Positions 1 through 9,676 of a stretch of 64,000 nt of DNA are shown here, in pieces. Where the stretch lies: positions 2,257 through 66,256 of the forward strand of contig DASYUI010000002.1 of NCBI GenBank assembly GCA_036001425.1, read 5' to 3'. The notes beneath the pieces were generated by a model. The model made no database searches. It was not told where the DNA came from and saw nothing but the letters and a program-made list of their open reading frames with translations. The translations under genes were made by a program, and so were the position numbers. The number at the start of each line of letters is the position of its first letter. The first letter of the stretch is position 1. The stretch comes from Actinomycetota bacterium (GTDB lineage: Bacteria; Actinomycetota; UBA4738; CALAEC01).

Positions 1-617
1 ACCGCTTGCGGGTGGGCCAGCTGGTGGTGGCGGTGGGGAACCCGCTCGGCTTCTCCGGCTCCGTCACCGCCGGAGTGGTGAGCGCCCTGGGCCGAGCCCT
101 CCCGACGAGACAGGGTTCGGCCAGCCGGATCGTGGAGAACGTCATCCAGACCGACGCCGCCCTGAACCCGGGGAACTCCGGCGGCGCGCTATCGGACGGT
201 CGCGGCCGGGTCGTCGGTGTCAGCACCGCCGTGGCGGGCATCGGGCTCGGCCTGGCGGTGCCGATCAACTCGACCTCCCGCAAGATCGTGGCCACGCTGA
301 TGACCGAGGGACGGTTCCGCCGGGCGTACCTGGGGATCGCCGGCGGGCCTCGCCCGCTGCCGCCCCGGATGGCTCGCGAGGTGGAGCGACAGTCCGGCGT
401 GGAGATCGTGGAGGTGGTGCCGGGAAGCCCGGCGGCCACCGCGGGCATGCGCCCCGAGGACCTCATCCTCGACGTGGACGGGATGGCCGTGGAGAGCGCC
501 CGGGACCTCCAGCGCCTGATGGCGGCGGAGCGGATCGGGAAGCCGGTGCCGGTGCGGGTGTTCCGCGACGGCACCATCCACGAGCTCGTGGCCACGCCGA
601 GGGAGCTCCAGGGTTAG
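1..617 (+). CDS. HtrA/DegP-family serine protease, C-terminal part (5' end outside window)
   Basis: ORF 6..617 is open to the left edge. It has the trypsin-like active-site motif NPGNSGGAL followed by a PDZ-like segment (VEVVPGSPAATAGMRPEDLILDVDG). Confidence 0.85.
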   Translation, partial: RLRVGQLVVAVGNPLGFSGSVTAGVVSALGRALPTRQGSASRIVENVIQTDAALNPGNSGGALSDGRGRVVGVSTAVAGIGLGLAVPINSTSRKIVATLMTEGRFRRAYLGIAGGPRPLPPRMAREVERQSGVEIVEVVPGSPAATAGMRPEDLILDVDGMAVESARDLQRLMAAERIGKPVPVRVFRDGTIHELVATPRELQG

Positions 618-626
618 GCTCGAGGC

Positions 627-1508
627 GTGAAGCTCGGGATCGGGCTCCCGAACACGCTCGCTCACGACATCGACCGGACGCTCTTCTTGTCATGGGCCCG
701 AATGGCCGACGAGGCCGGGTTCCACACGCTGGGAACCATCGACAAGCCGAACTACGACTCGTGGGACCCGCTGACCACGCTCGCCGCGGCCGCCCCGGTG
801 ACCGAGCGGGCCCGGCTGGCCACCACCATCCTCCAGCTCCCCAACCGCAACGAGGTCCTCGTGGCCAAGCAAGCGGCGGTGATCGACCAGGTCTCGGGCG
901 GCCGACTGGACCTCGGTGTGGCCGTGGGCGGCCGGGAGGACGACTACGAGATCTTCGAGGCGCACTTCCGGGGCAAGGGGCGGAAGTTCGCCCGACAGAT
1001 CGAGCGCATCCGGGAGATCTGGACGAACGCCCGGTCCTCGGACCACGACCACGGTGTCCTGGGGCCGGCGCCGGTCCAGGATCCCGGGCCGCCGATCTGG
1101 GTCGGCGCGGCGAGCGAACCAGCCGTGAAGCGGGCCCTCGACCTCGGCGACGCGTTCATCTTCGGGACAGCGGGGGCAGCGCGCATGGCTCAAATGACAC
1201 CGATGCTCCGAGAGGAAGCGGCGAAGCGAGGAAAGCCCAACTACACGGTCGCCGGCCTGGCGTACGTGGGCGTGGGCGACGATCCCGCGAAGGCCCTGGA
1301 GGAAGCGGCTCACCACGTGGTGCGGTACTACGGCCGGCTGTGGGGTGAGCCCGGGGACCTCATCCATCACGGTCCCGGCCCGGCCATCGCCGAGGACGTC
1401 TCGAAGTACGCGGAGTCGGGGATCGACCTCCTGATCCTGTTCCCGGAGATCCCGGACCTGTCGCAGGTCGAGCGGCTGGCCGAGGACGTTCTCCCGGCGT
1501 ATCTGTGA
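627..1508 (+). CDS. LLM-class (luciferase-like) flavin/F420-dependent oxidoreductase
   Basis: 293-aa ORF. The N-terminus MKLGIGLPN and the segments FHTLGTIDK and GGRLDLGVAVGGREDDYE are typical of luciferase-like monooxygenase family proteins. Confidence 0.8.
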   Translation: MKLGIGLPNTLAHDIDRTLFLSWARMADEAGFHTLGTIDKPNYDSWDPLTTLAAAAPVTERARLATTILQLPNRNEVLVAKQAAVIDQVSGGRLDLGVAVGGREDDYEIFEAHFRGKGRKFARQIERIREIWTNARSSDHDHGVLGPAPVQDPGPPIWVGAASEPAVKRALDLGDAFIFGTAGAARMAQMTPMLREEAAKRGKPNYTVAGLAYVGVGDDPAKALEEAAHHVVRYYGRLWGEPGDLIHHGPGPAIAEDVSKYAESGIDLLILFPEIPDLSQVERLAEDVLPAYL

Positions 1509-1522
1509 CCGGGGGCGTTTCC

Positions 1523-2467
1523 CTACTTGTACGGCGAGGCCTGACTCAGGAGCGAGAAGCGAAGCGCCACGAACTCTGACGTTCTCAGGCGCGCGACCCA
1601 GATCCAGTCCATCATCGCCTCAGTGGAAGCCGACTCGATCCGCATCTGAAAGTCACCCTTTCGCCCGACAAAGTAATCGGTACGGTACCTGCCTTCCGTC
1701 ACGACCCAGCCCATCTGCCGTATGGTCCGCACATATTCGCGGACGGGATCTCGGACATCGCTGGGGGGCTTGAGCACGTAGAGCCAGGTAAGCCAGCGCG
1801 GTTCCACGATGAGGTGCTGGAATGGCTCACTCTCGGCCCGGGCAACTCTCCATCCGGGGGGTACCGGTGCTGCCGCCGGAGGCTGGTTGGACTTCACTAT
1901 GGACTCCTGGCGGGGAGTGACGCTCACGGAGGCCAACCCAACGGCACCAAGGAAGAGGGCGGGAGACGCAACTACTCCTATTCCGAGAGCGAGCCATCGC
2001 CGAGAGGGCGACCGGAGAACGAAGGATCCCACCGAAGCGGCGACGAGGATCACGGCTTCGAGAACGAGGAGCCCACGCGTGGCACCGCTGTCAAACTCCC
2101 GGCACATTCCACGGCCGCACTCGTGTAACCAGATGAGGAACATCGAAGTGAACAACCAGTAGCCCATCCAGGCGATGACCGGCGCTTGGACGACCCCGCT
2201 TGGCGAGCGTCCTCGACGGGCAGCAACGCCACCGATCACGGCGCTGGCGATGCCACCCCCGACCATACCCCATAAGGCGCCCAGGCCCACGAATGCAGTC
2301 CCGGAGTCCTCAAGATGTCCGATGCGCTCCCAGATCCACGCGCCGACGAAGAAGCCCGCGACTATTCCGGCGAACACCGCGAGGACGAGGACGGCGCACC
2401 CGATGAGGAACGTCCGGGCCCTGTGCGTCCGGGAGACGTCAGGAACGAGATCAGGCCTAATTCTCAT
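1523..2467 (-). CDS. Hypothetical multi-pass membrane protein
   Basis: This is the C-terminal 314 aa of ORF 1523..3037, starting at the internal ATG at 2467 (MRIRPDLV). Several hydrophobic helices are present. The N-terminal 190 aa of the long ORF are antisense to the LLM gene at 2573 and were discarded. No recognisable family. Confidence 0.45.
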   Translation of the reverse strand: MRIRPDLVPDVSRTHRARTFLIGCAVLVLAVFAGIVAGFFVGAWIWERIGHLEDSGTAFVGLGALWGMVGGGIASAVIGGVAARRGRSPSGVVQAPVIAWMGYWLFTSMFLIWLHECGRGMCREFDSGATRGLLVLEAVILVAASVGSFVLRSPSRRWLALGIGVVASPALFLGAVGLASVSVTPRQESIVKSNQPPAAAPVPPGWRVARAESEPFQHLIVEPRWLTWLYVLKPPSDVRDPVREYVRTIRQMGWVVTEGRYRTDYFVGRKGDFQMRIESASTEAMMDWIWVARLRTSEFVALRFSLLSQASPYK

Positions 2468-2572
2468 GCCGCTCAGCTGAGCAAGCGAGCCACCAAAGCA
2501 TAGGCGCCTGCACCCTCGGGCGCAACGCATCGCTTCGCCGGGTAGCCAGTCGTTGGAGCCCGTTGGCATAGA

Positions 2573-3454
2573 GTGAGCGACATGGACCTCCAGTTCGGGA
2601 CGACGGTCATCCCCACCGTTGGCGGACGGACCGATCCGGTCGAGGACGCGCTGCACGCCGAGGAGCTCGGGTTCGACCTCGTGACGTGCTGGGACCACCT
2701 CCACGGCGACACACCGTCGTTCGAGACGTGGACCCTGCTCACGTGGATCGCCTCCCGCACCGAGCGCATCCGCATCGGCACCAACGTGCTGGGCCTCCCC
2801 TACCGCCACCCCACCGTCATCGCGAAGACGGCCGAGACGCTGCACCGGCTGTCCGGCGGCCGGCTCGTCCTGGGCCTGGGGGCCGGCGGGAACAACGCGG
2901 AGTTCCGGGCGTGGGGCCTCGACGCGCGCACCCCGAGCGAGAAGGTGGAGGCCACGCAGGAGGCCATCGAGCTGATCCGGGCGATGTGGACGCAAGGCGA
3001 GGTGATGTACGAGGGGTTCCACTTCCGGACGGATCACGCCCAGATGGAGCCGAAGCCGGAGACGCCCATCCCCATCTGGGTGGGCGCCTACGGGCCGCGG
3101 ATGATCGAGCTCATCGGGAAAGTCGCCGACGGCTGGATCCCGTCCATGACGTACGCCCCGCCCGATCGCGCGGTGCAGATGCGGGAGCGACTGCGCAGAG
3201 CCGCGGAAGGCGCGGGCCGAGACCCGGACGACATCACCTGCGCGTACAACGTCGTCGTCTTGGTGCAGGAGGGTGCGCAGGACCCGAGCGGAAGGGTGCT
3301 CGCAGGGTCACCCGACGAGGTGGCCCGGCGGCTGTCCGAGATCGCCAAGCGGGGCTTCACGTTCTTGAACCTGTGGCCTCGCGGCGACCGCATCGGGGGC
3401 CGCGAGCGTCTGGCGAAAGAGGTCTTGCCCGCGGTCCGGGACATGGTCGCCTAG
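2573..3454 (+). CDS. LLM-class F420-dependent oxidoreductase
   Basis: 293-aa ORF with GFDLVTCWDHL, RIRIGTNVLGLPYRHP and SGGRLVLGLGAGG, the standard LLM family pattern. Confidence 0.8.
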   Translation: MSDMDLQFGTTVIPTVGGRTDPVEDALHAEELGFDLVTCWDHLHGDTPSFETWTLLTWIASRTERIRIGTNVLGLPYRHPTVIAKTAETLHRLSGGRLVLGLGAGGNNAEFRAWGLDARTPSEKVEATQEAIELIRAMWTQGEVMYEGFHFRTDHAQMEPKPETPIPIWVGAYGPRMIELIGKVADGWIPSMTYAPPDRAVQMRERLRRAAEGAGRDPDDITCAYNVVVLVQEGAQDPSGRVLAGSPDEVARRLSEIAKRGFTFLNLWPRGDRIGGRERLAKEVLPAVRDMVA

Positions 3455-3846
3455 CTCGCATCCCGCGTCGAACCGGCCGAGTGCCCCGCGGGGTCCTCGA
3501 CCACGGCCCGTGCGGTCGCCGGGACCGTCCGGGTGACGCCGAGCCCGGCGAGGACGACTTTCACCTCCACGACGACCACCGCTTCCAGTCCGCCTTCCGG
3601 GCACCTGCAGGCTACAAGCCTGGCTCCGTTCCGCTCCGCATACTCGGCGGCTGCGTTCGCCGGGCCGCCTGCGGACGGAAGGACCTGCTCCTGGGCCGCG
3701 GCGAGCGCGGCGGCGTCCGCCGCGGCTTGCGCGCGCGCCTTCGCTGCGGACGCCCCAGCGACATCGACGATGAACGATCCGAGGATCACCGAGAAGCCCA
3801 TTGCGGCAACGAGAACGAGCGAGACACTTCCCCGTTCCTGGTTCAA
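3451..3846 (-). CDS. TadE-like pilus-assembly/pseudopilin protein (Rv3654c-type)
   Basis: N-terminus ERGSVSLVLVAAMGFSVILGSFIVDVAGA followed by the Ala-rich helix AKARAQAAADAAALAAA. The proposed TTG start at 3846 overlaps the upstream stop codon (TTGA at 3843-3846). The start is uncertain; the ORF extends to 3906. Confidence 0.6.
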   Translation of the reverse strand: MNQERGSVSLVLVAAMGFSVILGSFIVDVAGASAAKARAQAAADAAALAAAQEQVLPSAGGPANAAAEYAERNGARLVACRCPEGGLEAVVVVEVKVVLAGLGVTRTVPATARAVVEDPAGHSAGSTRDAS

Positions 3847-4226
3847 TCGGTCTCCTGTCGCATGGTCACCGTGGATTGAAGAGCGACCTCTTCGGGGAAG
3901 AGCCATTCCACGAACGGGACCACCACCTGAGATCGGTATCGAACGCTCACCGTCACCGGAACCCCCACACCTCCCCGCCGCTGTACCGACACGACCGTGC
4001 GTTCGCTCGAGAGACCGGAGCGCAATACGGCGTCCCTGACCCGGTCCTCGTCACTGGACACGGCGGCCTCGCGGGCGCCTTCCCTGGCCGCGTTGGCCAC
4101 GGCCAGGGACTCCTTGGCCAGAAGCCCGACCTGTACGAGGGCGAGGGCTGCGAACAGCGCCAGCGGAAGAACAAGCGCCAGCTCGACCGTGGCGCTTCCC
4201 GTGTGACGCGACCGAATGCAGCTCAT
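3843..4226 (-). CDS. TadE family pilus-assembly protein
   Basis: 127-aa ORF. GSATVELALVLPLALFAALALVQVG is the TadE/TadG N-terminal signature. Confidence 0.7.
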   Translation of the reverse strand: MSCIRSRHTGSATVELALVLPLALFAALALVQVGLLAKESLAVANAAREGAREAAVSSDEDRVRDAVLRSGLSSERTVVSVQRRGGVGVPVTVSVRYRSQVVVPFVEWLFPEEVALQSTVTMRQETD

Positions 4227-4264
4227 TCCTCGGCTCGGTCAATCGCAGATTGGCCGAGCGACTC

Positions 4265-4531
4265 TCACTCCGCGCTTCCCACGATCCGGTCGATGACCCG
4301 ATCGAAGAAGGCGGGAAGTTTTCCCGACGACCTCGCCCAGGCCAGGAGGACGAGAGCGATGGCCGCGGCAGCGAGCATCACGAGCGCGTACTCGGCCGTG
4401 CTCTGTCCATCCTCTCGGCCGAAGGCTTCCGTCGAATCCCGAGGTCGGAGCCAAGACCACCCCTGCCTCGGAAGGTGGGACCACCACCACTGTAGGTACG
4501 CAAGGATCCTGACTATCGCGTCTCCTATCAA
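4265..4531 (-). CDS. Flp-type pilin-like small protein (DUF4244-like)
   Basis: The motif GQSTAEYALVMLAAAAIALVLLAW (G/xxTAEY followed by a hydrophobic helix) resembles a Flp prepilin. The true start may lie downstream of 4531. Confidence 0.55.
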   Translation of the reverse strand: MIGDAIVRILAYLQWWWSHLPRQGWSWLRPRDSTEAFGREDGQSTAEYALVMLAAAAIALVLLAWARSSGKLPAFFDRVIDRIVGSAE

Positions 4532-4543
4532 TTCAGCCTCCGA

Positions 4544-5386
4544 TCACGGGATGCCCCGCGTGGCCACGACGACCGCGGGGATCACTGCTGCGAGCACAAA
4601 TGCGGGAAGGATGAGGAACACCAACGGGAAGAGCATCAATACCGGCGCCCGGCGGGCCCGTTCCTCCGCAAGGGCCCTCCGCTCGTCACGGACGTCCCGC
4701 GCCAGCCGCCGAAGTTGATCGGCCAGGGGAGCGCCGAGGCGTTGCCCCCGCTCCAGGGCCATCGCGAGGCGGCGCACCTCTCGGAGTTCGAGCCGGTCGG
4801 CCAGGCCCCGCAGGGCCGATCTCCATGAGCCACCCAGGCTCACCTCTTTCCTTGCCCGGTCCAAAGGCTGCCGCAGTGGGCCTCGAATAGATTCGGCCGC
4901 GCGTTCCAGGGCAGCCGAGGGGGAAAGGCCTGCCGTCACGCATACGGACAGCAGATCGAGGAGGTTCGGGACATCGTTAGCGACCCGGCGCCTGAGGGCG
5001 GCGGCCCGGCGAACCAGCAGAAACTCGGGCAGACCGAAACCCCCCCAGGCGAGGGCCGCGGCAGCACAGCCTGCGGCCACCTCCCCCATGGGCCATGCGG
5101 TCAGCCCGATCAGTCCCCCGGTGGCGAACAGGATCACCTTGGCTCCCATGACTCGGTCGGCCTGTGCGCCCTGGACCGCCGCGGCGTGAAGGCGCGCGTC
5201 GAGCGGGCGGCGGATCCGCGGAAGGGCGACCCGCCTGCCGATCCACACCAGCGGGTCTTGACTCGGCAACCCCTCGCTCGCGGTTCCCCCCAGCCGCCAC
5301 CGGATCACCCGATCCGTCCGCCGCACCGATCCGGCGAGGAGCAAGAGGGCGGCCGTGGCATAGGCCGCGGAGATGAGCCAGGTCAC
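4544..5386 (-). CDS. tadC: Type II secretion system F-family membrane protein (TadC)
   Basis: T2SSF domain (LLDLLSVCVTAGLSPSAALERAA ... ERARRAPVLMLFPLVFLILPAF). The GTG start at 5386 overlaps the tadB stop codon (GTGA). Confidence 0.75.
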   Translation of the reverse strand: MTWLISAAYATAALLLLAGSVRRTDRVIRWRLGGTASEGLPSQDPLVWIGRRVALPRIRRPLDARLHAAAVQGAQADRVMGAKVILFATGGLIGLTAWPMGEVAAGCAAAALAWGGFGLPEFLLVRRAAALRRRVANDVPNLLDLLSVCVTAGLSPSAALERAAESIRGPLRQPLDRARKEVSLGGSWRSALRGLADRLELREVRRLAMALERGQRLGAPLADQLRRLARDVRDERRALAEERARRAPVLMLFPLVFLILPAFVLAAVIPAVVVATRGIP

Positions 5387-6240
5387 GGGGCGTCTTCCGT
5401 CCGAACGATGCGGCTGATCCAGGCGAATCCCATGAGCTCGCAAACCAGCCCCGCCATGAGAAGCCCTGCTCCGGGGAGAGATCTGTAGAACGCGCCGAGG
5501 CCGTCGCCGCTCGTTCCGGAGAGGAGGCCGACGAAGGCGATGGGTAGAACGGCGAGGACGGCCCCGGACGCGCGTCCCTGGGCGGTGAGGGCGCGAACTT
5601 GTCGACGGGTATCGGTTCGTTGGCTCACGACGCCGGTCACCTCGTCGAGGAGTGCCGGCAGGTCACCACCGGTTCGGCGGTGCACCGTAAGCAGGGTCAC
5701 CAAGAGCGCCGCATCGGGGGAGTCGACCTGCCGAGCAAACAGCTTGAGGGCGGTATCGATCGGCTGCCCCACACGGAGCCGGGCCACGAGAGCGGCCAGC
5801 TCATCGCGTAGGGGTGGATCGGATCCGGCGTGCGCTTCTTCGATCGCTCGACGGACCGACAGGCCGGCCCGGACCGACGCCGAAAGCGTGGCCATCACCT
5901 CTCGTAGTTGCTGGTCGACAAGATCGCGTGCTCTTCGCCGGCTCCGTGATCGCGCCCCCCGCAGCACTATCTCGGCGGCCACGACCCCGGCGAGCCCACC
6001 AACGGGGCCGGCGAGCCAGAAGCCGACCGCGGCTCCGGTCGACGCCGTCGTGACTGGATTCAGCAGAGCGACAAAGAGACTGCGTCCCGCTTTGAGACCG
6101 ATGCGCCCCGCCTCTCCGCCCGTCCCGGCCCGAAGACGCGCCTCGATTCGTTCGCGATTGGCCGTGGTCACCGCGCGGGCCAAGACGAGGCAGGTCATCG
6201 AGACGCCGATGCCGGCCGAGACCACGTCGGCGGCCATCAT
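5383..6240 (-). CDS. tadB: Type II secretion system F-family membrane protein (TadB)
   Basis: 285-aa ORF with a T2SSF domain (LATLSASVRAGLSVRRAIEEA ... ALTAQGRASGAVLAVLPIAF). The ATG overlaps the cpaF stop codon (ATGA at 6237-6240). Confidence 0.75.
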   Translation of the reverse strand: MMAADVVSAGIGVSMTCLVLARAVTTANRERIEARLRAGTGGEAGRIGLKAGRSLFVALLNPVTTASTGAAVGFWLAGPVGGLAGVVAAEIVLRGARSRSRRRARDLVDQQLREVMATLSASVRAGLSVRRAIEEAHAGSDPPLRDELAALVARLRVGQPIDTALKLFARQVDSPDAALLVTLLTVHRRTGGDLPALLDEVTGVVSQRTDTRRQVRALTAQGRASGAVLAVLPIAFVGLLSGTSGDGLGAFYRSLPGAGLLMAGLVCELMGFAWISRIVRTEDAP

Positions 6241-7568
6241 CCGGGGTCACCTCCGACCAAAGACGGGGAGGGTACACCTTCGCGCTCGGGTTCACGCGGC
6301 CGAAACAGCGTCGGATCGATCCACTCCCCTGCCCCACGAACGGCGGCCACCACCCTCGGGACGTGCCCGGTCGCCTCGAGCGAACCGAAGTCCCCGCGCC
6401 TGCGGAAGACGAATACGTCTCGCAGCACGACCCGGCCCTCGGCGCACCCTTCGACGGAGGTGACTCGGGACAGGAACCGCCGGCCGTCGGGCTGTCGGGC
6501 CGTGTGCACCACGAGATGGATCGTCGTCGCGATCTGCTCCCGCACGTGTGATACGGGGAGGTCGACGTCGGACATCAGCGCCATCGTCTCGAGTCGGCCC
6601 ATCAGCTCGTACGGCGAGTTCGCGTGGGCCGTGGACATGGAGCCCTCGTGCCCGGTGTTCATGGCCTGAAGCATGTCCAGTGCTTCTCCGCCCCGGACCT
6701 CCCCGACGACGATCCGGTCGGGTCGCATCCGAAGGGCCGTTCGGACCAGGTCGCGAACCGTAACCGCTCCTCGTCCCTCCACGTTGGGAGGACGGGCTTC
6801 GAGCCGGATCACATGGGGCTGCGCCAGTCGCAGCTCAGCCGCGTCCTCGATGGTGACGATGCGCTCGGTCTCAGGGATCGATGCGGACAACACGCCGAGC
6901 AGGGTCGTCTTACCTGAGGCGGCGCCGCCGGAGACGAGGAGATTCGCTCGCCCACGAACGCAAGTCCCGAGGAACTCGAGAGCCTGCCGGGACGCCGTAC
7001 CGAGCCGTACCAGATCGTCGAGACGCAGTGGGTTGATCCCGAACTTGCGGACGGTGACCACGGGTCCGCAGAGCGAAAGGGGCGGGATGACGGCATGGAA
7101 CCGGGAACCGTCGGGCAACCGGGCGTCGACGTACGGGCAGGACTCGTCGACGCGTAGCCCGAGCGGTCCGACCACCCGCTCGATCAGGTGGTACACGCCG
7201 TCCTCCCCCTCAAACACGGCGTGCTGGACCTTCTCGAGCCGCCCCCTTCGCTCCACGTAGACGTCGTCGGCCCCGTTCACCATGACCTCGCTGACCTCCG
7301 GGTCTTTCAGCAGGAACTCGATGGGCCCGAGGCCGACGACTTCATCGGACACTTCGTTGATGAGCGCGGTCAGATCGCGCACCGGAAGCACCACACGATG
7401 CTCGCCGAGGATCTTCAGAGCCTCCTCGCGCACATGCAGCCTTCGCTCAGCTGCGGAGGACGATCCGAGCATCGTCGCGTCCACCCGTTCGCGGACCCGC
7501 GACGCGACAAGGCCCTTGAGTCGCCTCCACGACCCAGCCGGGTGCGCTCGGACGTGCGACACGTTCAC
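6237..7568 (-). CDS. tadA: CpaF/TadA-family pilus-assembly ATPase
   Basis: 443 aa. Walker A motif GGAASGKTT, followed by TIEDAAELRL and the VGEVRGGEALDMLQAMNTGHEGSMSTAHAN box characteristic of CpaF/VirB11-type secretion ATPases. Confidence 0.9.
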   Translation of the reverse strand: MNVSHVRAHPAGSWRRLKGLVASRVRERVDATMLGSSSAAERRLHVREEALKILGEHRVVLPVRDLTALINEVSDEVVGLGPIEFLLKDPEVSEVMVNGADDVYVERRGRLEKVQHAVFEGEDGVYHLIERVVGPLGLRVDESCPYVDARLPDGSRFHAVIPPLSLCGPVVTVRKFGINPLRLDDLVRLGTASRQALEFLGTCVRGRANLLVSGGAASGKTTLLGVLSASIPETERIVTIEDAAELRLAQPHVIRLEARPPNVEGRGAVTVRDLVRTALRMRPDRIVVGEVRGGEALDMLQAMNTGHEGSMSTAHANSPYELMGRLETMALMSDVDLPVSHVREQIATTIHLVVHTARQPDGRRFLSRVTSVEGCAEGRVVLRDVFVFRRRGDFGSLEATGHVPRVVAAVRGAGEWIDPTLFRPREPEREGVPSPSLVGGDPG

Positions 7569-8728
7569 CGCCCCTCGCCGGCGGAAACGCTCGCGGGCTG
7601 TGAATCGTCCCGGCCCGCGACCTGGCCCACCTCTGCGATATGACGAGCCAGCCCCGCGAGGCAGCGGCCGACGTGACCCGATCGTCCAGCCACGAGCTCA
7701 CCGCGGTTCATCGCCCGAGGGATCGCCCGGTCATGCTTGAGGACTGCCAGAGGCCTTAGGCCGAAGACCCGCTCGACATCGTCAGGAATGACCTCCCCCG
7801 GGGCGGCCCGGTTCACGATCAGCCTGCACCGTGCCGTGAGCCCGAGTCCGGCCAGGTACGTGAGCGATCGGTGGGCCGCTCGGAACGACAGGACGTCGAG
7901 GGATACGACCAGCAACACCTCGTCGGCGAGCTCCAACGCTCCTCGGCAGGCCTCGTCGAGGGCTCGGGGAAGGTGCAGGATGACGACGTCGCGCTCCGTC
8001 CTGAGCAGATCGACCACCGTGGCCGCGTAGTCGGGAGGCAGGGCCGCCGCCAGCGAGGGCTCCGGCGGACCCAACAGGACTCTGAATCCCGTGGGATGCG
8101 TGTACAGCACACGGCCAAGGTGATCCTGGGTCAGCTCGTCGAGTACCGGGACGAGGTCTGCCACTGTGGCGATCTCCGACGCGGGTGGGACCCCGATCGC
8201 ACAGGTCACGTCGGCGAAGAAGGGATCGAGATCCACCAGGACCGTGGACGCTCCTCGCGCTGCACTGGCGGCGGCGAGGTTCGTCGCCAGGAAGGTAACG
8301 CCCGCGCCTCCCCTCGGCCCGTAGACGGCGACCACCCTTCCGGGGGTTCCAGGCGCCGGCTCGACAGCCCTGGCGGCACTCCGCGCGTCGCGAGCCAGCG
8401 CTTCCCGCTCCTCGGGCCACAGGTAGAAGCCGCGGGCTCCCGACTCCAGCGCAGCGCGAAGCGCCCCCGTGGTTTCCTTCTCCGCCACCACCAGGATCGC
8501 CGAATGACCGTCCAGACCCTCCAAGGAGCCGATGATGCCGGGGGAGACGACGGCCGCATCGGGGCGCGCCTCACGAGCGCGCCCGACCAGGCTCTCGCCG
8601 TCCGGGGCGGCCCCGGCGACGCTTATCGTCGGGAGCCGGTCGAGAAAGTGCAGGACTTCCTCCTGCAGCGCCTGATCCTCGATCCCCAGGACCACCGTCG
8701 CCTGTCGCACGACCCCTCCCTTCGCCAC
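7565..8728 (-). CDS. CpaE/Ssd-like ParA-family ATPase with N-terminal receiver-like domain
   Basis: 387 aa. The receiver-like N-terminus is followed by the deviant Walker A region VVAVYGPRGGAGVTFLATNLA. It sits directly upstream of, and is translationally coupled to, the CpaF gene (GTGA overlap). Confidence 0.75.
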   Translation of the reverse strand: MAKGGVVRQATVVLGIEDQALQEEVLHFLDRLPTISVAGAAPDGESLVGRAREARPDAAVVSPGIIGSLEGLDGHSAILVVAEKETTGALRAALESGARGFYLWPEEREALARDARSAARAVEPAPGTPGRVVAVYGPRGGAGVTFLATNLAAASAARGASTVLVDLDPFFADVTCAIGVPPASEIATVADLVPVLDELTQDHLGRVLYTHPTGFRVLLGPPEPSLAAALPPDYAATVVDLLRTERDVVILHLPRALDEACRGALELADEVLLVVSLDVLSFRAAHRSLTYLAGLGLTARCRLIVNRAAPGEVIPDDVERVFGLRPLAVLKHDRAIPRAMNRGELVAGRSGHVGRCLAGLARHIAEVGQVAGRDDSQPASVSAGEGR

Positions 8729-8966
8729 CGGACGCTCGAACCACTCGTTCTTCAGGGGAAGCTCGGGGGGAAACCTTGCGGGGAGGCTCCGCGGGGTCTA
8801 CCCGCGGGCGAGCCCGAACGTTAGGACCGTGAAGGCACGCGCGCATCGCCATATCGGGGGTTTCTCCGGGGGATTCCAGTCCCCTAACCGGGGAACCGAG
8901 CATCGGCCGAAGCGGGCCGGCACTGCGAGCCGTATCCCTGGGCGATGAATGCGCTCCGGGCCGGCT

Positions 8967-9605
8967 TCAGTCGACCAGCTCGATGCCCAGCCGATCGAGG
9001 CGTTCCCGGTGCCTTTCGAGGAGGTCGAGGAGGGCCCGCTTCTCCCCCTCCTCCCCGCCGAGGAGCCCGCGGAGGGTTCCCGTGGCGACGACGGCCCGCC
9101 GGGTCTGGGTCAGGGCCTCCCCCACGATCCGCCGCGCGTACGCGGCCACCCGGTCCCGCTCCGAGGGGTCGTCCTCCAGCAACCGGGTGAGCTCGTCGAG
9201 GGCGTAGGTCTCCTGCTCGTCCCGCTCGAGGAGGGTCCGGCGGACGATCTCCGCCGACACCGGGTCGAGGGCTGGCAGCAGGACGTCGGCGAAGTCGCGC
9301 ACCAGGGCGTCCCCCATGTAGTGCCAGGCCTGGGCCTCCAGCCAGTCCCGGGGCTCGGTGTCCTCGAAGAACGCGTCGAAGAAGGGGGCGAACGCGGCCT
9401 CGCGCTCGGGGCTCCCGAGCTCCCGGGCCCGGGCCTCGAGGAGCGCGGCGTTGTCCCGCTCCAGGGCGGCCACGTGCCGCTGCTGCTTGCGGGCCCGGCC
9501 GCTGGGCGCCCGGGCCACGTTCTCCTCGGCCCGGCGCAGCGCCGCCCGCTCCCCGTAGGAGAGCGCGGCCAGCAGGTCCCCGATCGCCTCGCCGACGTTC
9601 ACCAA
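8967..9605 (-). CDS. Conserved hypothetical helical protein (ferritin-like-fold type)
   Basis: 212-aa all-helical ORF with high third-position GC. The family assignment comes only from recalled similarity to actinobacterial ferritin-like fold proteins. Confidence 0.45.
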   Translation of the reverse strand: MVNVGEAIGDLLAALSYGERAALRRAEENVARAPSGRARKQQRHVAALERDNAALLEARARELGSPEREAAFAPFFDAFFEDTEPRDWLEAQAWHYMGDALVRDFADVLLPALDPVSAEIVRRTLLERDEQETYALDELTRLLEDDPSERDRVAAYARRIVGEALTQTRRAVVATGTLRGLLGGEEGEKRALLDLLERHRERLDRLGIELVD

Positions 9606-9676
9606 CAGGGATTTTACGGGCCGGACGAGGGAATCCGGCGTTCGTGTCAGACCCCCCCGCTACCCTGCTGTTCATC

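Noticed and set aside
1523-3037. Full 504-aa minus-strand ORF.
   Set aside because: Its N-terminal 190 aa are antisense to a well-supported LLM gene (2573..3454) and are compositionally Arg/Pro/Gly-rich. Only the membrane-protein part downstream of the ATG at 2467 was kept.
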